A stretch of DNA of 64,000 nt from Fidelibacterota bacterium (GTDB lineage: Bacteria > Fidelibacterota > Marinisomatia > Marinisomatales > UBA2128). Location of the stretch: assembly GCA_046861645.1 (NCBI GenBank), contig JBHHUM010000001.1, positions 1-64,000 of the forward strand. Direction: 5' to 3'. Positions 63,176-64,000 of this stretch are shown here, one piece after another. Within the stretch, counting starts at the first letter, position 1; each line of letters opens with the position of its first letter. The translations under genes and the position numbers were made by a program. The notes below the pieces were generated by a model, which saw nothing but the letters and a program-made list of their open reading frames with translations, ran no database searches and was not told the DNA's origin.

Positions 63176-63661
63176 TTGACTCGCGTTCTCGGCATAGATC
63201 CTGGCATTACTACTACCGGTTACGGTATTCTCGAACATGTAAAAGGAAGTCAGTCGGTAATTACTTTTGGTACTATCACCCCACCAGCAAAGAAGTCCAA
63301 TCCTGAGAAATTAGCCCATCTTTATACGGAGATAACTGCTATCATTCATGAATTTTCACCTACTGAAATTGCTGTTGAGGAAGCTTTTTTCAGTAAAAAT
63401 GCTCGGACAGCCTTTGTATTGGGGCAAGCTCGTGGGATGGCGCTTTTGGCAGCGGCTCGACTCGAGTTACAATGTTTCGAATATTCTCCTAAAAAGGTAA
63501 AACTGTCTGTAGTGGGTAACGGTAGTGCCTCTAAGGAACAAGTACGTTTTATGGTCAAAGCTATTCTCTCATTAGATCAGATTCCAGAAAAGTTTGATAT
63601 TACTGATGCTTTGGCTGTTGCACTTTGTCACATTAATCATTCAGGGAGTCCTGTACGGTGA
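63176..63661 (+). CDS. ruvC: Holliday junction resolvase RuvC
   Basis: LGIDPG; AVEE; LGQARG; DALAVALCH. Confidence 0.96.
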   Translation: MTRVLGIDPGITTTGYGILEHVKGSQSVITFGTITPPAKKSNPEKLAHLYTEITAIIHEFSPTEIAVEEAFFSKNARTAFVLGQARGMALLAAARLELQCFEYSPKKVKLSVVGNGSASKEQVRFMVKAILSLDQIPEKFDITDALAVALCHINHSGSPVR

Positions 63662-64000
63662 TTGAGTCTGTTCGGGGTAAGCTGGTACAAAAAACACCTA
63701 CAACAGCAGTTGTTGAAGTGGGTGGGATTTCCCTATCCATCGCCATTTCAGTTTCCACATTTGATAGACTTCCCGAAACAGGGAATGAAGTAGCAATAAA
63801 GACCTTTCTGAATGTGCGTGAAGATGTATTGGAACTGTACGGTTTCCATAGCAGTACCGAGCGAGGATTATTTCGTCTGCTTATTGGTATTTCGGGGATA
63901 GGACCTAAAATGGCCATCAATATCCTTTCAGGAACGACCACGGAAGAGTTTAAGAATAGAATTATTGCTGGTGATGTGGGAGCACTTACTGCTTTACCAG
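63658..64000 (+). CDS. ruvA: Holliday junction branch migration protein RuvA, 3' partial (not in the ORF track)
   Basis: GTG start overlapping the ruvC stop: MIESVRGKL..VEVGG..VRED..LYGF..GIGPK. Confidence 0.95.
   Translation, partial: MIESVRGKLVQKTPTTAVVEVGGISLSIAISVSTFDRLPETGNEVAIKTFLNVREDVLELYGFHSSTERGLFRLLIGISGIGPKMAINILSGTTTEEFKNRIIAGDVGALTALP

Overview
Bacterial chromosomal window. The FlgD/T9SS-type C-terminal domain, PorV-like barrel and bat genes suggest the FCB group (Marinimicrobia/Ignavibacteria-like); this is inference only. It has three parts. (1) 1-10080 is an accessory block with prepilin/T2SS-like genes, a broken pilC/gspF, a TPR + double-HTH regulator, paired 51-bp operator-like repeats, a beta-propeller lipoprotein and a twice-frameshifted subtilase. 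It ends at an orphan 3' fragment of comM/yifB (10081-10176), which suggests a comM-inserted island. (2) 25383-30901 is a complete but apparently frozen integron: intI with an in-frame TAG, an attI core, and three minus-strand cassettes (HTH-m4C methyltransferase + TdeIII-like endonuclease; unknown exported protein; GNAT). One attC has a mutated crossover base, and another holds an IS110 remnant whose non-coding end folds like a bridge RNA. (3) The rest is housekeeping backbone: dut, CIRCE-groES-groEL, folB-folK-dNK, ffh-rpsP-trmD-rplS (no rimM), selA-selB-mutS, yicC-gmk-rpoZ, udg-dnaB-rel, lnt, truA, htrA, psd-pssA, tatA, batABCDE, yebC-ruvC-ruvA. An aminotransferase III / kinase-like / C69 peptidase trio abuts the integron. 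No rRNA, tRNA or CRISPR array was recognised. All calls come from motif recognition by eye; no database search was run.
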